NCBI GenBank assembly: GCA_963668325.1
Contig: OY764222.1
Coordinates: 1,902,782 to 1,966,781 of the forward strand
Direction: 5' to 3'
Length of the DNA: 64,000 bases
Origin: Paracoccaceae bacterium
GTDB lineage: Bacteria; Pseudomonadota; Alphaproteobacteria; Rhodobacterales; Rhodobacteraceae
The stretch's first letter is position 1. Each line of letters starts with the position of its first letter. The notes beneath the pieces are model-generated. The model was not told the DNA's origin and did no database searches. It saw only the letters and a list, made by a program, of their open reading frames with translations. The position numbers and the translations under genes are program-made. Below, in pieces: positions 1-10,750 of this stretch.

Positions 1-599
1 CGTTTGATCAGCGGAGTTTGCTTAGTACCCTGGATTCAAATCCCAACATATTGAGGCCCCTGAATTTGGGTCGAGGACTTCCAGGGAAGGGCTTTGGCAT
101 ATTTAAAACCGAAAAAGGTAAAAAGGTTTTGGTCATTACCGCTCTTGGACAGGTTTTTATGAAGCAGCCCTTTGATAACCCCATAAGGTTTGTTGAGGAT
201 GTATTGGCAAAGTACCCATTGGCAAAGAGTGTCGATGCCATTGTCATTGATTTTCATTGTGAAGCGACATCCGAAAAGATGATAGCAGGTCGATTGTGGG
301 ATGGAAGAGTTTCTTTGGTTGCAGGCACGCACACTCATATTCCAACCACCGATGCCAGAATTCTACCAGGTGGAACTGGCTATATTACCGATGTCGGAAT
401 GTGTGGTGATTACGATTCTATAATTGGGATGCATCCAACTGTGCCAATGGAACGATTTTCAGCAGGTTTCTCCAAAGGAAAAATGATCCCTGCTAACAAC
501 AAAGTCACCTTATGTGGTGTGGTAATTGAAACCGATGATAAGGTAGGGTTACCTATATCCATCAAACAGTTTTTGCGAGGTGGAATCCTTGGTGAGTGA
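1..599 (+). CDS. YmdB-like (TIGR00282-type) calcineurin-family metallophosphoesterase, 5' end outside window
   Basis: The frame is open to the window edge. The translation contains FHCEATSEK and GTHTHIPTTDARILPGGTGYITDVGMCG, typical of YmdB-type 2',3'-cyclic-nucleotide phosphodiesterases. Confidence 0.75.
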   Translation, partial: FDQRSLLSTLDSNPNILRPLNLGRGLPGKGFGIFKTEKGKKVLVITALGQVFMKQPFDNPIRFVEDVLAKYPLAKSVDAIVIDFHCEATSEKMIAGRLWDGRVSLVAGTHTHIPTTDARILPGGTGYITDVGMCGDYDSIIGMHPTVPMERFSAGFSKGKMIPANNKVTLCGVVIETDDKVGLPISIKQFLRGGILGE

Positions 600-607
600 T
601 TTGATTC

Positions 608-1288
608 ATGAGTGCACCTCTCTCGATAATCATTCCAACTTATAATTCTGAAAGGGAACTGCCTGAAACGGTTGCCTCCTTATTCGAGGGTTTACAGGAG
701 AGCTTGATCAAAGAGTTGGTGATTTGTGATTCCACCCAGAGTAATTCAGTTGAAATTATTGCTGACAAATTAGGTGCTGTTTATTTGAAATCAGCCAAGG
801 GAAGGGGGAACCAATTAAAAGAAGGTGCATTTAAGTCGACCGGCGAATGGATGTTGTTCCTTCATGCAGATACGCACCTTGATAATGGGTGGAATAAAGT
901 TGTTTCAAATTTCATTACTAGCCATCCTGATCGTGCTGGGTATTTTCGATTGAAATTTAGACACCATGGATTTTTCCCGAGTATGGTAGCCAGATGGGCA
1001 AACCTGAGATCGGTTCTATTTGATCTGCCCTATGGTGATCAAGGATTACTTATATCCAGGTCCCTCTACGAGCAAAGTGGTGGATTTCGGTCTATCCCAC
1101 TGATGGAGGATGTTGACATTTGCCGAAAATTGAAGGGGAAACTCATAATGATGAATGGGCTAGCATCGACAAGTGCCCGGAGACAGATAACAAAAGGTTG
1201 GATAAAAAGTGGGTTTGGCAACCTTTGGATTTTGACCCAGTACTACTTTGGAAAATCTCCCAACGAGCTCTTCAAAAAATATTATTAG
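608..1288 (+). CDS. Family 2 glycosyltransferase (small, about 225 aa class)
   Basis: N-terminal LSIIIPTYNSEREL GT-A start, LFLHADT acidic motif and PLMEDVD motif. It follows the previous gene by 8 nt. Confidence 0.7.
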   Translation: MSAPLSIIIPTYNSERELPETVASLFEGLQESLIKELVICDSTQSNSVEIIADKLGAVYLKSAKGRGNQLKEGAFKSTGEWMLFLHADTHLDNGWNKVVSNFITSHPDRAGYFRLKFRHHGFFPSMVARWANLRSVLFDLPYGDQGLLISRSLYEQSGGFRSIPLMEDVDICRKLKGKLIMMNGLASTSARRQITKGWIKSGFGNLWILTQYYFGKSPNELFKKYY

Positions 1289-1708
1289 CTGGGTATCGGT
1301 TAAGCACCTATAATCTGACTATTTTAAAGGGCTGAATATAACCCTACCATAGCAACTGATTCGGGATGACATTCCTCTTCTAAACTTTTCCCGGGGCTAG
1401 GACAATGATATTGTCAGCATTTTTACTGTGCCGAACCCATGTGCAGTGCCCACGCTTTCAGATTCCAAAGTTAGTTCGGGTGAAATATTCTGCACTTACG
1501 ATAGACGAGCTTTACCTAATCGTGTTAGTAATTTCCCTTCCGAAATCTACTTACCACTTAAAAGTAAATACTAAATTTCATTTGTAAGTTTCAATAAATC
1601 ACCATACACCTAAATTTGTTAGCATTTATTATTGACACATTTGAATAGCTAGTTTGTTTACTTGGCTAACGTTTACTCCAAGTCAAACCCACACATAGGA
1701 ATAGTTTC

Positions 1709-2908
1709 ATGAGCAAATTTTTTGGCAGACATCATATTGCAATACCGGGTCCTTCAATAATGCCTGACAGGGTAATTCGGGCCATCAACAGACCTGCCCC
1801 GGATATTTATGATCCTGAGTTAGCCGAAATGGTGTATGGAGTTATCAATGATCTCAAAATTATTGCAGGAACAAGCGGTTATGCAACCATATACATTTGC
1901 AACGGTCATGGTGTATGGGAAGGATCAATAGCCAACCTCTTCAGTAGAGGTGATAAGGTGTTGGTATTGGCCACTGGAATTTTTGGTTCTGGATGGGGAG
2001 GTTTTGCCAAGGCATTGGGTATTGCAGTAGAAACCATGGATTTTGGCAAAAGAAACCCTGTGGATACGGATAGGTTAGTCGCAAGACTAGTCCAGGACAA
2101 ACAGCATGAAATTAAGGCCATCCTTGTGGTTCATGTTGACACATCCACATCGGTCAGAAATGATATTAAGGATATTGCCCGGGCAATTAAAAGCCTTGAT
2201 CATCCCGCATTACTCGCCGTTGATTGTATTGCCAGCTTAGGATGTGATAATTTTTGCATGGATGATTGGCAGGTGGATGTGATGGTATCTGGTAGCCAAA
2301 AGGGTTTAATGACACCTCCTGGCCTTGGATTCATTTATTTTAATGAGCGAGCCCGAGAAGTAGGTAAAAAGGCAAAACTTCGAACCCCTTACTGGGATTG
2401 GGAAAGGAGAGTTAATCCAGAGGAGTTTTACCAGCTTTTCTGTGGAACGGCTCCCACTCACCACCTTTTTGCCCTCAGGGAAGCCTTGGACATGATCGTT
2501 CATGAGGAGGGGTTGGAACAGGTTTACAAGAGACATGCCGTCATGGCTGAAGCAATCTGGGCAGCTTTTGACACTTGGAGTTCAGAAGGTCAGGTGGAAA
2601 TGAATATCAGTGATAAAAATCATCGAAGCCATTCTGTTTCGACAATCAAGATGAAATCTCCAAATGGAAAATTGTTGAGGAAATGGACCCAGGAGTATTC
2701 AGGCCTTACCTTGGGGATAGGTTTGGGCATGGAAACCGAACAGGATCCAAATTCAACCGGGTATTTCCGAATAGGGCATATGGGACACTTGAATCCGAAC
2801 ATGATTTTAGGTCTTCTTGGATCCATTGAAGCAGGTTTTGACCACTTGAAAATCAGAAGAGGTAAAGGGGCTATAGAGGCAGCAGCCAAGGTTATAGCAA
2901 ATGCCTAG
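1709..2908 (+). CDS. Class V PLP aminotransferase (serine--glyoxylate / alanine--glyoxylate aminotransferase family)
   Basis: 399-aa ORF with a SGSQKGLMTPPGLGF PLP-lysine region. Its length matches the SgaA/AGXT family. Confidence 0.8.
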   Translation: MSKFFGRHHIAIPGPSIMPDRVIRAINRPAPDIYDPELAEMVYGVINDLKIIAGTSGYATIYICNGHGVWEGSIANLFSRGDKVLVLATGIFGSGWGGFAKALGIAVETMDFGKRNPVDTDRLVARLVQDKQHEIKAILVVHVDTSTSVRNDIKDIARAIKSLDHPALLAVDCIASLGCDNFCMDDWQVDVMVSGSQKGLMTPPGLGFIYFNERAREVGKKAKLRTPYWDWERRVNPEEFYQLFCGTAPTHHLFALREALDMIVHEEGLEQVYKRHAVMAEAIWAAFDTWSSEGQVEMNISDKNHRSHSVSTIKMKSPNGKLLRKWTQEYSGLTLGIGLGMETEQDPNSTGYFRIGHMGHLNPNMILGLLGSIEAGFDHLKIRRGKGAIEAAAKVIANA

Positions 2909-3038
2909 CAACACGAAGGCTAAGCTCTCAGCTTTAGTAATTATGCTAAATTATTTCCTCGGTATAGAGGTTTGCGGTGGCCCTGATCCCTTAAGTACAG
3001 GCGCTTGACGTTGGATATAAGGTTCGAGTAAAAATTAG

Positions 3039-5801
3039 CTATAACAAATTTTGTATCCCGTTCACAGCAGCATTAGTGTTTAGGATTTTTTCCTCCAGTT
3101 TTAGCAAATTTTCTCTGGTTTCTTCTACTACCTCTGGAGGAGCCTTGGCAACAAAGCCCTCATTACTAAGTCTAGTTTTCAGCATTGAAATTTCTTTCTT
3201 AAGTGATTCTCTGGTTTCGATGAGCCGCTTTTTTTCAAGTTTTAGGTTAATTACCCCACCAAGGGGAAGAGAAATAGCTCCTCCTCCTTCAACATTTATA
3301 ACAAAGGATTCGTTATCTAAGTTGATGGATTCAAATTCAGGGTTTCTTTTGTCGACAAGAGGTTTTGTTCTTGCCATCCTCTCAAAAAAATCTTGGTATT
3401 TTTCAAGGATTTCATACCTCTTGTCGGTCATGATATGTACATTCAATGGAATAATTGCACTTGGTGGAACACGCAACAGACTCTTTCCAGATCGAATAAT
3501 TCGTATAATCCCAATAATCCATTCCACTTCGGAAGTTGCCTTTGCTTTCTCGTATTCCTTGACAGCTAGTTGTGGCCAATCGGTATGAATGATTCTCGTA
3601 TCTTCATTATACAACTCACCCCACAGTTCCTCGGTTTCAAATGGAATGATAGGGTGTAGTAAAACCAGGGACTGCTTATATACCCAAGCCAAAGTTGACT
3701 TGGTTTCAGCAACTAGTTCTGGATCCTCTGACTTTAGAAGGGTTTTGCTGAATTCCAGATACCAGTCACATAACTTACCCCATACAAAAGCATAAAGAAT
3801 ATTGGCAGCATCGTTAAAACGATAGTTATTGAGGGCATTATCAACCTTTTCTTGGGTTTTTGCTATCTCCCCGATTATCCAGGAGTTGATCTCATTCGTT
3901 GCATTCCGAGGGTCAAATTGCGGACCAATTTGGCAATCATTCAATTGGAGGAACCTGCCAGCATTCCATATTTTTGTACAAAAATTCCTGTAACCGACAA
4001 CTCTACCTTCAGATAGTTTAAGATCCCTCCCCATTACGGCCATTGAGGTCAGGGTAAACCGAACGGAATCAGCTCCATATTTTTCTATGAGTTCAATCGG
4101 GTCAATCACATTACCTAGTGATTTCGACATCTTCTTGCCAAATTTATCCCTGACCAGGGCATGGACATAAATATCAGAGAAGGGGATATCGTTCACCAAG
4201 GCAAGTTGCATCATCATCATTCGTGCTACCCAGAAGAATATGATATCAAACCCTGTTACCAGAACATTTGTAGGGAAATATCTTTCCAGCTCAGGAGTTG
4301 CCTCAGGCCATCCCAAGGTACCAATAGGCCAAATTCCCGATGAGAACCAGGTATCAAGAACATCTTGGTCTCTAGACAGTGATTTGCCTTTAGCCATTTT
4401 TTTGGCTTCATCTTCGGAAATGGCACAATACTGATTGCCTTCTTCATCATACCAAATTGGAATCTGATGTCCCCACCAAAGCTGACGGGAAATACACCAG
4501 GGTTCAATATTCTCTAACCAACTGAAATAAATTTTTTCATATTGCTTGGGGTGTATTCGAGTTCGGCCAGTTTTAACAGCCTCAATTGCTGGACCGACTA
4601 TTTTTTTGGTATCAAGGAACCATTGATCAGTCAGATATGGCTCAATAGGTATTTTAGATCTATCGCCATGAGGAACTGTATGCTTTTCAGTCTGGACATC
4701 ATCCAGCAGACCATTTTCAGCCATTAACTTGACAATTATTTTTCGGGCTTCAAAACGATCTAACCCGTCAAGCTCCAGGGTACATTCGGGAATATCAAGA
4801 TTCCCCAGGAAATCGTCATTGGCATTTAAAAACATCTTTCCCTTAGAGGTCATGACATTAATGGCTGGTAAATTTGTTCGCTTGCCCACCTCCCAGTCGT
4901 TGAAATCATGTGCGGGAGTGATTTTTACTGCCCCTGTACCTTTTGTCGGATCGGCATAGGAATCTGCAACAATCCTGATTCTCCTCCCAACCAAAGGCAA
5001 AATGACATCTTTGCCAATTAGATGGGTGTATCTTGAATCTTCAGGATGAACGGCAACACCAGTATCACCCAGCATGGTTTCTGGTCGCGTGGTAGCGACA
5101 ACAAGGTAATTCCTTGTTTCGAAACTGACAGGATTCTCACTTTCATCAAACTCAACGGGATAATTAAAGGATTCACCATCAGCCAAGGGGTATCGAAAAT
5201 ACCACATCTTTCCTTCAACCTCGACCTGTTCAACTTCTAGGTCAGAGATGGCAGTTTCGAAATGTGGATCCCAGTTTACCAGTCGTTTACCTTTGTAAAT
5301 CAACTTTTGGTTATAGAGTTCGATAAAGACTTTCAAAACCGCATCATGAAATCCCTTATCCATGGTAAATCGATTTCTTGACCAATCACAGGAAGCTCCA
5401 ATTCGTTTGAGCTGGTGGATGATTTTGCCCCCGGATTGTTCTTTCCAGTCCCAGACTTTTTCTAAAAACCTTTCTCTTCCAAGTTGATCCCTTGAAGGTA
5501 ATCCTGCTTCCTCCAATTGCCTTTCGACAACCATCTGGGTAGCTATTCCTGCATGATCCTGACCGGGTTGCCATAAAACATCAAATCCCTTCATCCGGTG
5601 CCAGCGGATTAAAATGTCCTGAAGGGTATTGTTAAAGGCATGTCCCATATGCAGAGCACCGGTAACATTCGGGGGAGGAATCATGATACAGAAGGAAGGA
5701 AAATCTTTCCGGGCATTTGCACCAGCACTGAATGCACCGCTATTTTCCCACATGGAGTATATTCGTGGTTCAACTTCGCTGGGTTCAAACTTCGATTTCA
5801 T
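3039..5801 (-). CDS. valS: Valine--tRNA ligase
   Basis: 920 aa. Has the HIGH motif ([16 protein letters not shown]), KMSKS ([10 protein letters not shown]), a long CP1 editing insertion and a C-terminal coiled coil. Confidence 0.97.
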   Translation of the reverse strand: MKSKFEPSEVEPRIYSMWENSGAFSAGANARKDFPSFCIMIPPPNVTGALHMGHAFNNTLQDILIRWHRMKGFDVLWQPGQDHAGIATQMVVERQLEEAGLPSRDQLGRERFLEKVWDWKEQSGGKIIHQLKRIGASCDWSRNRFTMDKGFHDAVLKVFIELYNQKLIYKGKRLVNWDPHFETAISDLEVEQVEVEGKMWYFRYPLADGESFNYPVEFDESENPVSFETRNYLVVATTRPETMLGDTGVAVHPEDSRYTHLIGKDVILPLVGRRIRIVADSYADPTKGTGAVKITPAHDFNDWEVGKRTNLPAINVMTSKGKMFLNANDDFLGNLDIPECTLELDGLDRFEARKIIVKLMAENGLLDDVQTEKHTVPHGDRSKIPIEPYLTDQWFLDTKKIVGPAIEAVKTGRTRIHPKQYEKIYFSWLENIEPWCISRQLWWGHQIPIWYDEEGNQYCAISEDEAKKMAKGKSLSRDQDVLDTWFSSGIWPIGTLGWPEATPELERYFPTNVLVTGFDIIFFWVARMMMMQLALVNDIPFSDIYVHALVRDKFGKKMSKSLGNVIDPIELIEKYGADSVRFTLTSMAVMGRDLKLSEGRVVGYRNFCTKIWNAGRFLQLNDCQIGPQFDPRNATNEINSWIIGEIAKTQEKVDNALNNYRFNDAANILYAFVWGKLCDWYLEFSKTLLKSEDPELVAETKSTLAWVYKQSLVLLHPIIPFETEELWGELYNEDTRIIHTDWPQLAVKEYEKAKATSEVEWIIGIIRIIRSGKSLLRVPPSAIIPLNVHIMTDKRYEILEKYQDFFERMARTKPLVDKRNPEFESINLDNESFVINVEGGGAISLPLGGVINLKLEKKRLIETRESLKKEISMLKTRLSNEGFVAKAPPEVVEETRENLLKLEEKILNTNAAVNGIQNLL

Positions 5802-6012
5802 GGTAAAACAATATTAAATTCGGGTGAATTCTCGTTAAATATTCGATTTGGGGTACTGGCTAATTTTTCTGGGAAATGTATATAACCCTTAAATAAGTTA
5901 TTTCCACATTTCTCTATATTCATATTGCAACAAATTTCTTTTTATTGTTATTGTCTTGTTCGTTGTTCACTGAACAATAGTTTGGTACAAATTTTCCGTT
6001 AATTTCAAGAAT

Positions 6013-8310
6013 GTGAGTTCATCAATGTCAAAATTTGGGGTTAGTCAAGGTGTTAAGCGAAGGGAAGATTCGCGATTTCTAAAGGGTGAGGGTAGGTATG
6101 TTGATGACCTGAAACCAGAAGGAAGCCTGTTTGCGCATTTTTTCCTTTCTCCTGTAGCACATGCCAGGATAATTGCACTTGATGCTTCAGAAGCAAAGGC
6201 ATCTCCTGGTGTTGTAGCTGTCTACACTGCCGAGGATCTAATCAATGGTGGTATGAAAAATCGAATGATCGTCGAATTGTTGGTAATGAAGGGAGTAAAG
6301 ATCCCTGACCCGGCACGGCCAATCCTTGCTGAGGGAAAGGTAAGATTTGTTGGAGAGCCCCTTGCCATTGTAATTGCTGAGACAATTAATCAGGCCAAGG
6401 ACGCAGCTGAATTGATTGAGTTTGATTTCGAAGAATTAGATGCCCAACTTTCCCTTACCCCTGGCGGTATAGAATTGCATGAGGAAGCCCCAGAAAACAT
6501 TGCTTTTAATTGGTCTAAGGGTGACAAGGAACAGGTAGATAAAATCTTTCATGAAGCTTCCCATGTTGTTTCCTTACAAGTCGAGGATAACAGGGTAATC
6601 GCGAATTCGATTGAACCCAGAGGATGTTATGCTGAATGGGAGAACAACAAACTTCATATGTGCATGAATGGACAAGGTGTTTGGGTTGGAAAGGGTGAAC
6701 TTTCGCAACTTCTTGGATTACCAGAAGACAATGTAAGAGTTACCACCCCGGATGTTGGTGGCGGGTTTGGAATGAAGGGGTTTAATTATCCAGAAAATTT
6801 TGCGGTTGCTCAATCAACAAAAATGCTGGGAAAAAAGATTCATTGGATGGGAACCCGCTCAGAAGCGATGTTGAATGACAATGGCGGGAGAGACCTTACC
6901 TCAAGAGTGGAAGCCGCCTTTGATGACGATTACAGAATGATTGGCTATCGTGTTATCACACACTGCAACATGGGTGCATACAATTCCTACTTTGGTCAAT
7001 ATATTCAGACAGATTTGTTCAGGAAGGTGATCTCAGGGGTTTATGACATACCCAATATTTATTTTGAGGTTACAGGAATTTTTACAAATACGGCCCCGGT
7101 TGATGCTTACCGGGGGGCTGGAAGACCAGAAGGCATATTTGCCATGGAACGGCTGATTGATCATGCTTCCCGTGAATTGGGAATCGATTCAATCGAACTC
7201 CGTCGTCGTAATTTTATAAAACCAAATCAGTTTCCTTACAAAAATTTTGCTAGGGAAACGGTTGATGTAGGTAACTTTGACAAAGTGATGGATCGGGCTG
7301 TGGTAGAAGCCGATATACCTGGATTTGAACAGAGGAAAGAGGAATCCCAGAAAGCCAGTAAATTAAGGGGGCTGGGGATCTGTTATTACATTGAAACCAT
7401 ACTTGGTGATCCCTGCGAAACGACAAGATTGGAGTTTTGTGAAGATGGCATGGTCAATGTCTATGTCGGAACACAATCAAATGGCCAGGGCCATGAAACA
7501 GCTTATTCACAGATTCTTCACGAACGTTCCGGGATTCCTTTTGAGAATATCAGGATTATCCAAGGAGACAGTGATTTGATTAAAACAGGTGGAGGTACCG
7601 GTGGTTCAAGGTCAGTTACGACCCAAGGGACCTCCATCAACGGCACTGCAGATAAAATGATTGCCAAATTTAAGCCATTTGTGGCTGAAGAGATGGTTAC
7701 AGAAGAAAATTTGATTGATTTCGAAGAAGGTGCATTCAAAGATCGAAAGTCCAATAAGTTTCTTGGCATTATGGAGGCTGGCGCTCTCGCTTTATCAAAA
7801 CAACGGGAAGACTTAGTTACAACAGAAGTTACCACTGAAATCAGTGACAAATCCTTCCCGAATGGTGCTCATATCTGTGAAGTTGAGGTTGACCCTGAAA
7901 CAGGATACACCAGTGTTGTGAAATATACAGTTGTGGATGATCTCGGTGTGATTATCAATCCCGTGTTGGCATCAGGGCAAGTCCATGGTGGGGTTGTACA
8001 AGGTATAGGTCAGATTTTAACGGAACATGTTGGTTTTGATGAGAATGGGCAATTACTCACTGGAACTTTCATGGATTATGGTATGCCTAGAGCAGATAAT
8101 GTCCCGTTCATAGAGTTTTATTCTGAACCAACCCCATCCATCAACAATCCTATTGGCATGAAGGGATGTGGTGAAGCTGGAACAATTGGTGCCTTGGCTG
8201 CGGTTGCAAACGCTGTGCAGGATGCTTTGTGGGAAAAAGGAATTAAAGAAGTCCAAGCTCCCCTGACTCCCACCAGGGTATGGGATTTACTCCATCAAAA
8301 TTCCAATTAG
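6013..8310 (+). CDS. Xanthine dehydrogenase / CoxL-family molybdopterin-binding large subunit (form II-like)
   Basis: 765 aa. The N-terminus is RREDSRFLKGEGRYVDD and the molybdenum-cofactor domain carries VDAYRGAGRPEG. The start may be the ATG at 6025 rather than the GTG at 6013. Confidence 0.85.
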   Translation: MSSSMSKFGVSQGVKRREDSRFLKGEGRYVDDLKPEGSLFAHFFLSPVAHARIIALDASEAKASPGVVAVYTAEDLINGGMKNRMIVELLVMKGVKIPDPARPILAEGKVRFVGEPLAIVIAETINQAKDAAELIEFDFEELDAQLSLTPGGIELHEEAPENIAFNWSKGDKEQVDKIFHEASHVVSLQVEDNRVIANSIEPRGCYAEWENNKLHMCMNGQGVWVGKGELSQLLGLPEDNVRVTTPDVGGGFGMKGFNYPENFAVAQSTKMLGKKIHWMGTRSEAMLNDNGGRDLTSRVEAAFDDDYRMIGYRVITHCNMGAYNSYFGQYIQTDLFRKVISGVYDIPNIYFEVTGIFTNTAPVDAYRGAGRPEGIFAMERLIDHASRELGIDSIELRRRNFIKPNQFPYKNFARETVDVGNFDKVMDRAVVEADIPGFEQRKEESQKASKLRGLGICYYIETILGDPCETTRLEFCEDGMVNVYVGTQSNGQGHETAYSQILHERSGIPFENIRIIQGDSDLIKTGGGTGGSRSVTTQGTSINGTADKMIAKFKPFVAEEMVTEENLIDFEEGAFKDRKSNKFLGIMEAGALALSKQREDLVTTEVTTEISDKSFPNGAHICEVEVDPETGYTSVVKYTVVDDLGVIINPVLASGQVHGGVVQGIGQILTEHVGFDENGQLLTGTFMDYGMPRADNVPFIEFYSEPTPSINNPIGMKGCGEAGTIGALAAVANAVQDALWEKGIKEVQAPLTPTRVWDLLHQNSN

Positions 8311-8334
8311 GGGTTTGGTGTTTCTTCCTTAGTT

Positions 8335-9668
8335 TTAAGAGCCGTCAGTTTCTGTTTCTAATCCTGGGTCCAAACCAAGATAGTCCATTGTCAACACACC
8401 GATCTTGGACAGGAGGGTGAATTGGGCCAGATCTCTTTCGATTATAGCTTCCACCAGTTGAGTCTGGGCTGAAAGCAACTCCTGTTCTGCTTCCAGAACG
8501 TCCAGGGTAGACTTCGTACCCAAAGATTCTTCTACCCTGGTACCTTGAAGTGCCAGTTCAGAATAATCCTGCTGTTGAAGATAAACGTCAATCAACGAAT
8601 CGGTGATCTCATACATATGCCAGGCATTGATTATTTCATTTTCCTGTAATTTCGCCTCTTGTTTTAAATCGATTCTGATTTTTTGAAGATTTTGTTCTGA
8701 TTGCCGTAATGCTGAGGATAATCTCCCACCGGTATAAAGAGGAATTGAGGTTTGTATTCCAATAGTCAGATTATTCCTTGGAGTTTCATTAAAATTTCTA
8801 AAATTTTGATTAGAGGAAGCACTTCCTCGCAAATTGATCGCTGGTTTGGATACCTGGACCTTAACCAATTCTCTTTGGTGCTGAGCAATTATTACGGCCA
8901 ATTTAGCAAGCGCTAGAGAAGGATTATACTGGTTGGCCAACTCTATGGCGCTTGCAATATCTTTGGGTATTTCAAAGTTAAATTGTGAGGTGGCTAAATT
9001 AATTGGATACCTACCTACAGCAAGGTGAAAACGTTCATTTGCAATATCAACCTGACCTTCTCGAGTTTTGACATTACCCTTGGCTGCTGCAATACGTGCC
9101 ACAACCAAACTTAATTCGGTACGTGAGATGTTGCCTAGTTCGAAACGGTTTGTTGCAGCCTCCAACTGCGATTCCAAACTCTTTAGATTATTCCTCTCAA
9201 GGTCAAGCAGATTATTTGCTTTGAGGACCTCTTGATAGGAGTTACCGCACCCATCAAAACCATCTGTTCGACCTGTGTTCGATTCAAAGCAGCAACCTGC
9301 TTGCTGATTTTTTCAATTTCAACTGAAATATCGTTGGCCCCAAAATCGGTCAGCGCATACTCGGATAATAACTCAATATTGCCACCCAGAGAATTGTCCT
9401 GTTGGTTGTTGGCATTATTGGCCTGGTAAGTGGTACCTAAATTCAGTGTTAGGCTTGGTCGAGATTTTGCAGTGGTTTGAGCAATATTTTCATCTTGGAT
9501 GGCCAGAAGGTAATCTGACCCCTTCAATAATTCGCTGTTATTGTAGGCAGAAATCAGGACTTCTTCCAGAGTATCAGATTGAGCCATTTGTGGTGGTCCA
9601 AGCAGGTAAAGCAGTATTGCTCCAACCGAAATAAAGCTTTTAAGTGGTATTAGTCTAGGAAACTGCAT
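8335..9668 (-). pseudogene. tolC: TolC-family outer-membrane efflux channel, split by a 1-nt frameshift near 9240-9246
   Basis: ORF 9183..9668 has a signal peptide and the first TolC repeat. ORF 8335..9177 carries the second repeat. My reading of the minus strand gives ...VLMGAV in the upstream frame. ...(N)SYQEVLKANNLLDLERNNLKSLESQLEAATNRFELG follows in the downstream frame, offset by one base. Confidence 0.8.
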
Positions 9669-9694
9669 TTTTATTCTGAAAGGTCTTGTTGTTA

Positions 9695-10351
9695 TTAGAA
9701 GACAAACTCCCCAGTCTTTTCAAATCCTGGAAGAATTGGGGCTTCGGCATCAAAGGCGGTTTGCCAATCTACCCCACTAGGCTTGTTAATACCAATTCTA
9801 CATTTGCCACCGTTCTCTGTAATTACGATAGCTCCTATTCTTCCACCCAATTTCACCTGGTCAAGAATAGCTGGAGGCAAGGTTTCAATACATCCTTGGA
9901 CGGTAATCACATCATAGGGCCCATATCGCGGCATTCCTTCCGATAAAACCCCATGCACCGGAACTACATTATCAACTGAGTGCAAGGAAAAGATATTTTC
10001 TGCTTCGTTGGAAAATTCCTCGTTTTCTTCCAGGGAGATAACTGCTTCTGCCACGCTAGCAATTATTGCCGAGGAATAGCCTAGTCCTGAACCTATATCC
10101 AAAACCAGCTCATCTAATCGAATCGCCAGGGTATCGAGCATCTTTGCCAAAATTCTAGGGTCAAGTAAAAATCGGCCATTGCCAATGCCGAGGTGGTCAC
10201 CCAGGTAAGCCAATTCCTTTTTTTGCTCGGGAACATAATCCTCTCTTGGGATGGCAAGCATGGCTTGAATAATTGGAAAACTGGTTACATCTGATGGCCT
10301 AACTTGGCAATCAACCATATTTCTTCTTCTGTTTTTGAAATTAGTCGGCAA
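9695..10351 (-). CDS. Protein-L-isoaspartate O-methyltransferase-like SAM methyltransferase
   Basis: VLDIGSGLGYSSAIIA SAM-binding motif, 218 aa. It sits next to tolC, as is common in alphaproteobacteria. Confidence 0.8.
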   Translation of the reverse strand: MPTNFKNRRRNMVDCQVRPSDVTSFPIIQAMLAIPREDYVPEQKKELAYLGDHLGIGNGRFLLDPRILAKMLDTLAIRLDELVLDIGSGLGYSSAIIASVAEAVISLEENEEFSNEAENIFSLHSVDNVVPVHGVLSEGMPRYGPYDVITVQGCIETLPPAILDQVKLGGRIGAIVITENGGKCRIGINKPSGVDWQTAFDAEAPILPGFEKTGEFVF

Positions 10352-10467
10352 AACAACACTCCACCAGGAATAATCCTTGTAAAAGCAATGGTATATCGTT
10401 TTTCATTTGAATTTCAAAACTTTCGGTTTTGATAAAACCAGCTATTGATCCTATACCAGGAAAATTT

Positions 10468-10542
10468 TGGAGCGGAAGATGGGATTCGAACCCACGGCCC
10501 TAACCTTGGCAAGGTTATGCTCTACCCCTGAGCTACTTCCGC
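10468..10542 (-). tRNA. tRNA-Gly (anticodon GCC)
   Basis: The reverse complement reads GCGGAAGTAGCTCAGGGGTAGAGCATAACCTTGCCAAGGTTAGGGCCGTGGGTTCGAATCCCATCTTCCGCTCCA. It folds by hand into a 75-nt cloverleaf: 7-bp acceptor stem, TAACC/GGTTA anticodon stem, loop TTGCCAA, encoded CCA. Confidence 0.95.
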
Positions 10543-10750
10543 ATAATTCCCATTAAAGAGATGTTTTAGGTTACCTAATTTACATATTGATTAGCTTCAA
10601 GCAAATACTGAGAAATTTTATTGGTCAAATAAGCATAATATTTTGAGTTTGTATCAATAACCTAGCCGAATCTCTCTGTTGTCATTCTGGAAATTCTCAG
10701 TGTCCAACAATGAAAAATAATTTCTATTTTATGACTTATCCTAATTCAGG

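Noticed and set aside
1289-1708. A 420-nt gap upstream of the aminotransferase gene. It contains a 60-aa ORF (1405..1587), a small hairpin (gacaat-gat-attgtc) and two crossing 6-bp complementarities, ccgaac 1431-1436 with gttcgg 1474-1479 and gtgcag 1441-1446 with ctgcac 1490-1495. These could in principle draw an H-type pseudoknot.
   Set aside because: The ORF has no start context or family resemblance. Six-bp pairings are expected by chance. I could not match the region to glycine, SAM-II/V or any other riboswitch consensus I know. A covariance-model scan (Rfam/Infernal) would be needed to revive it.
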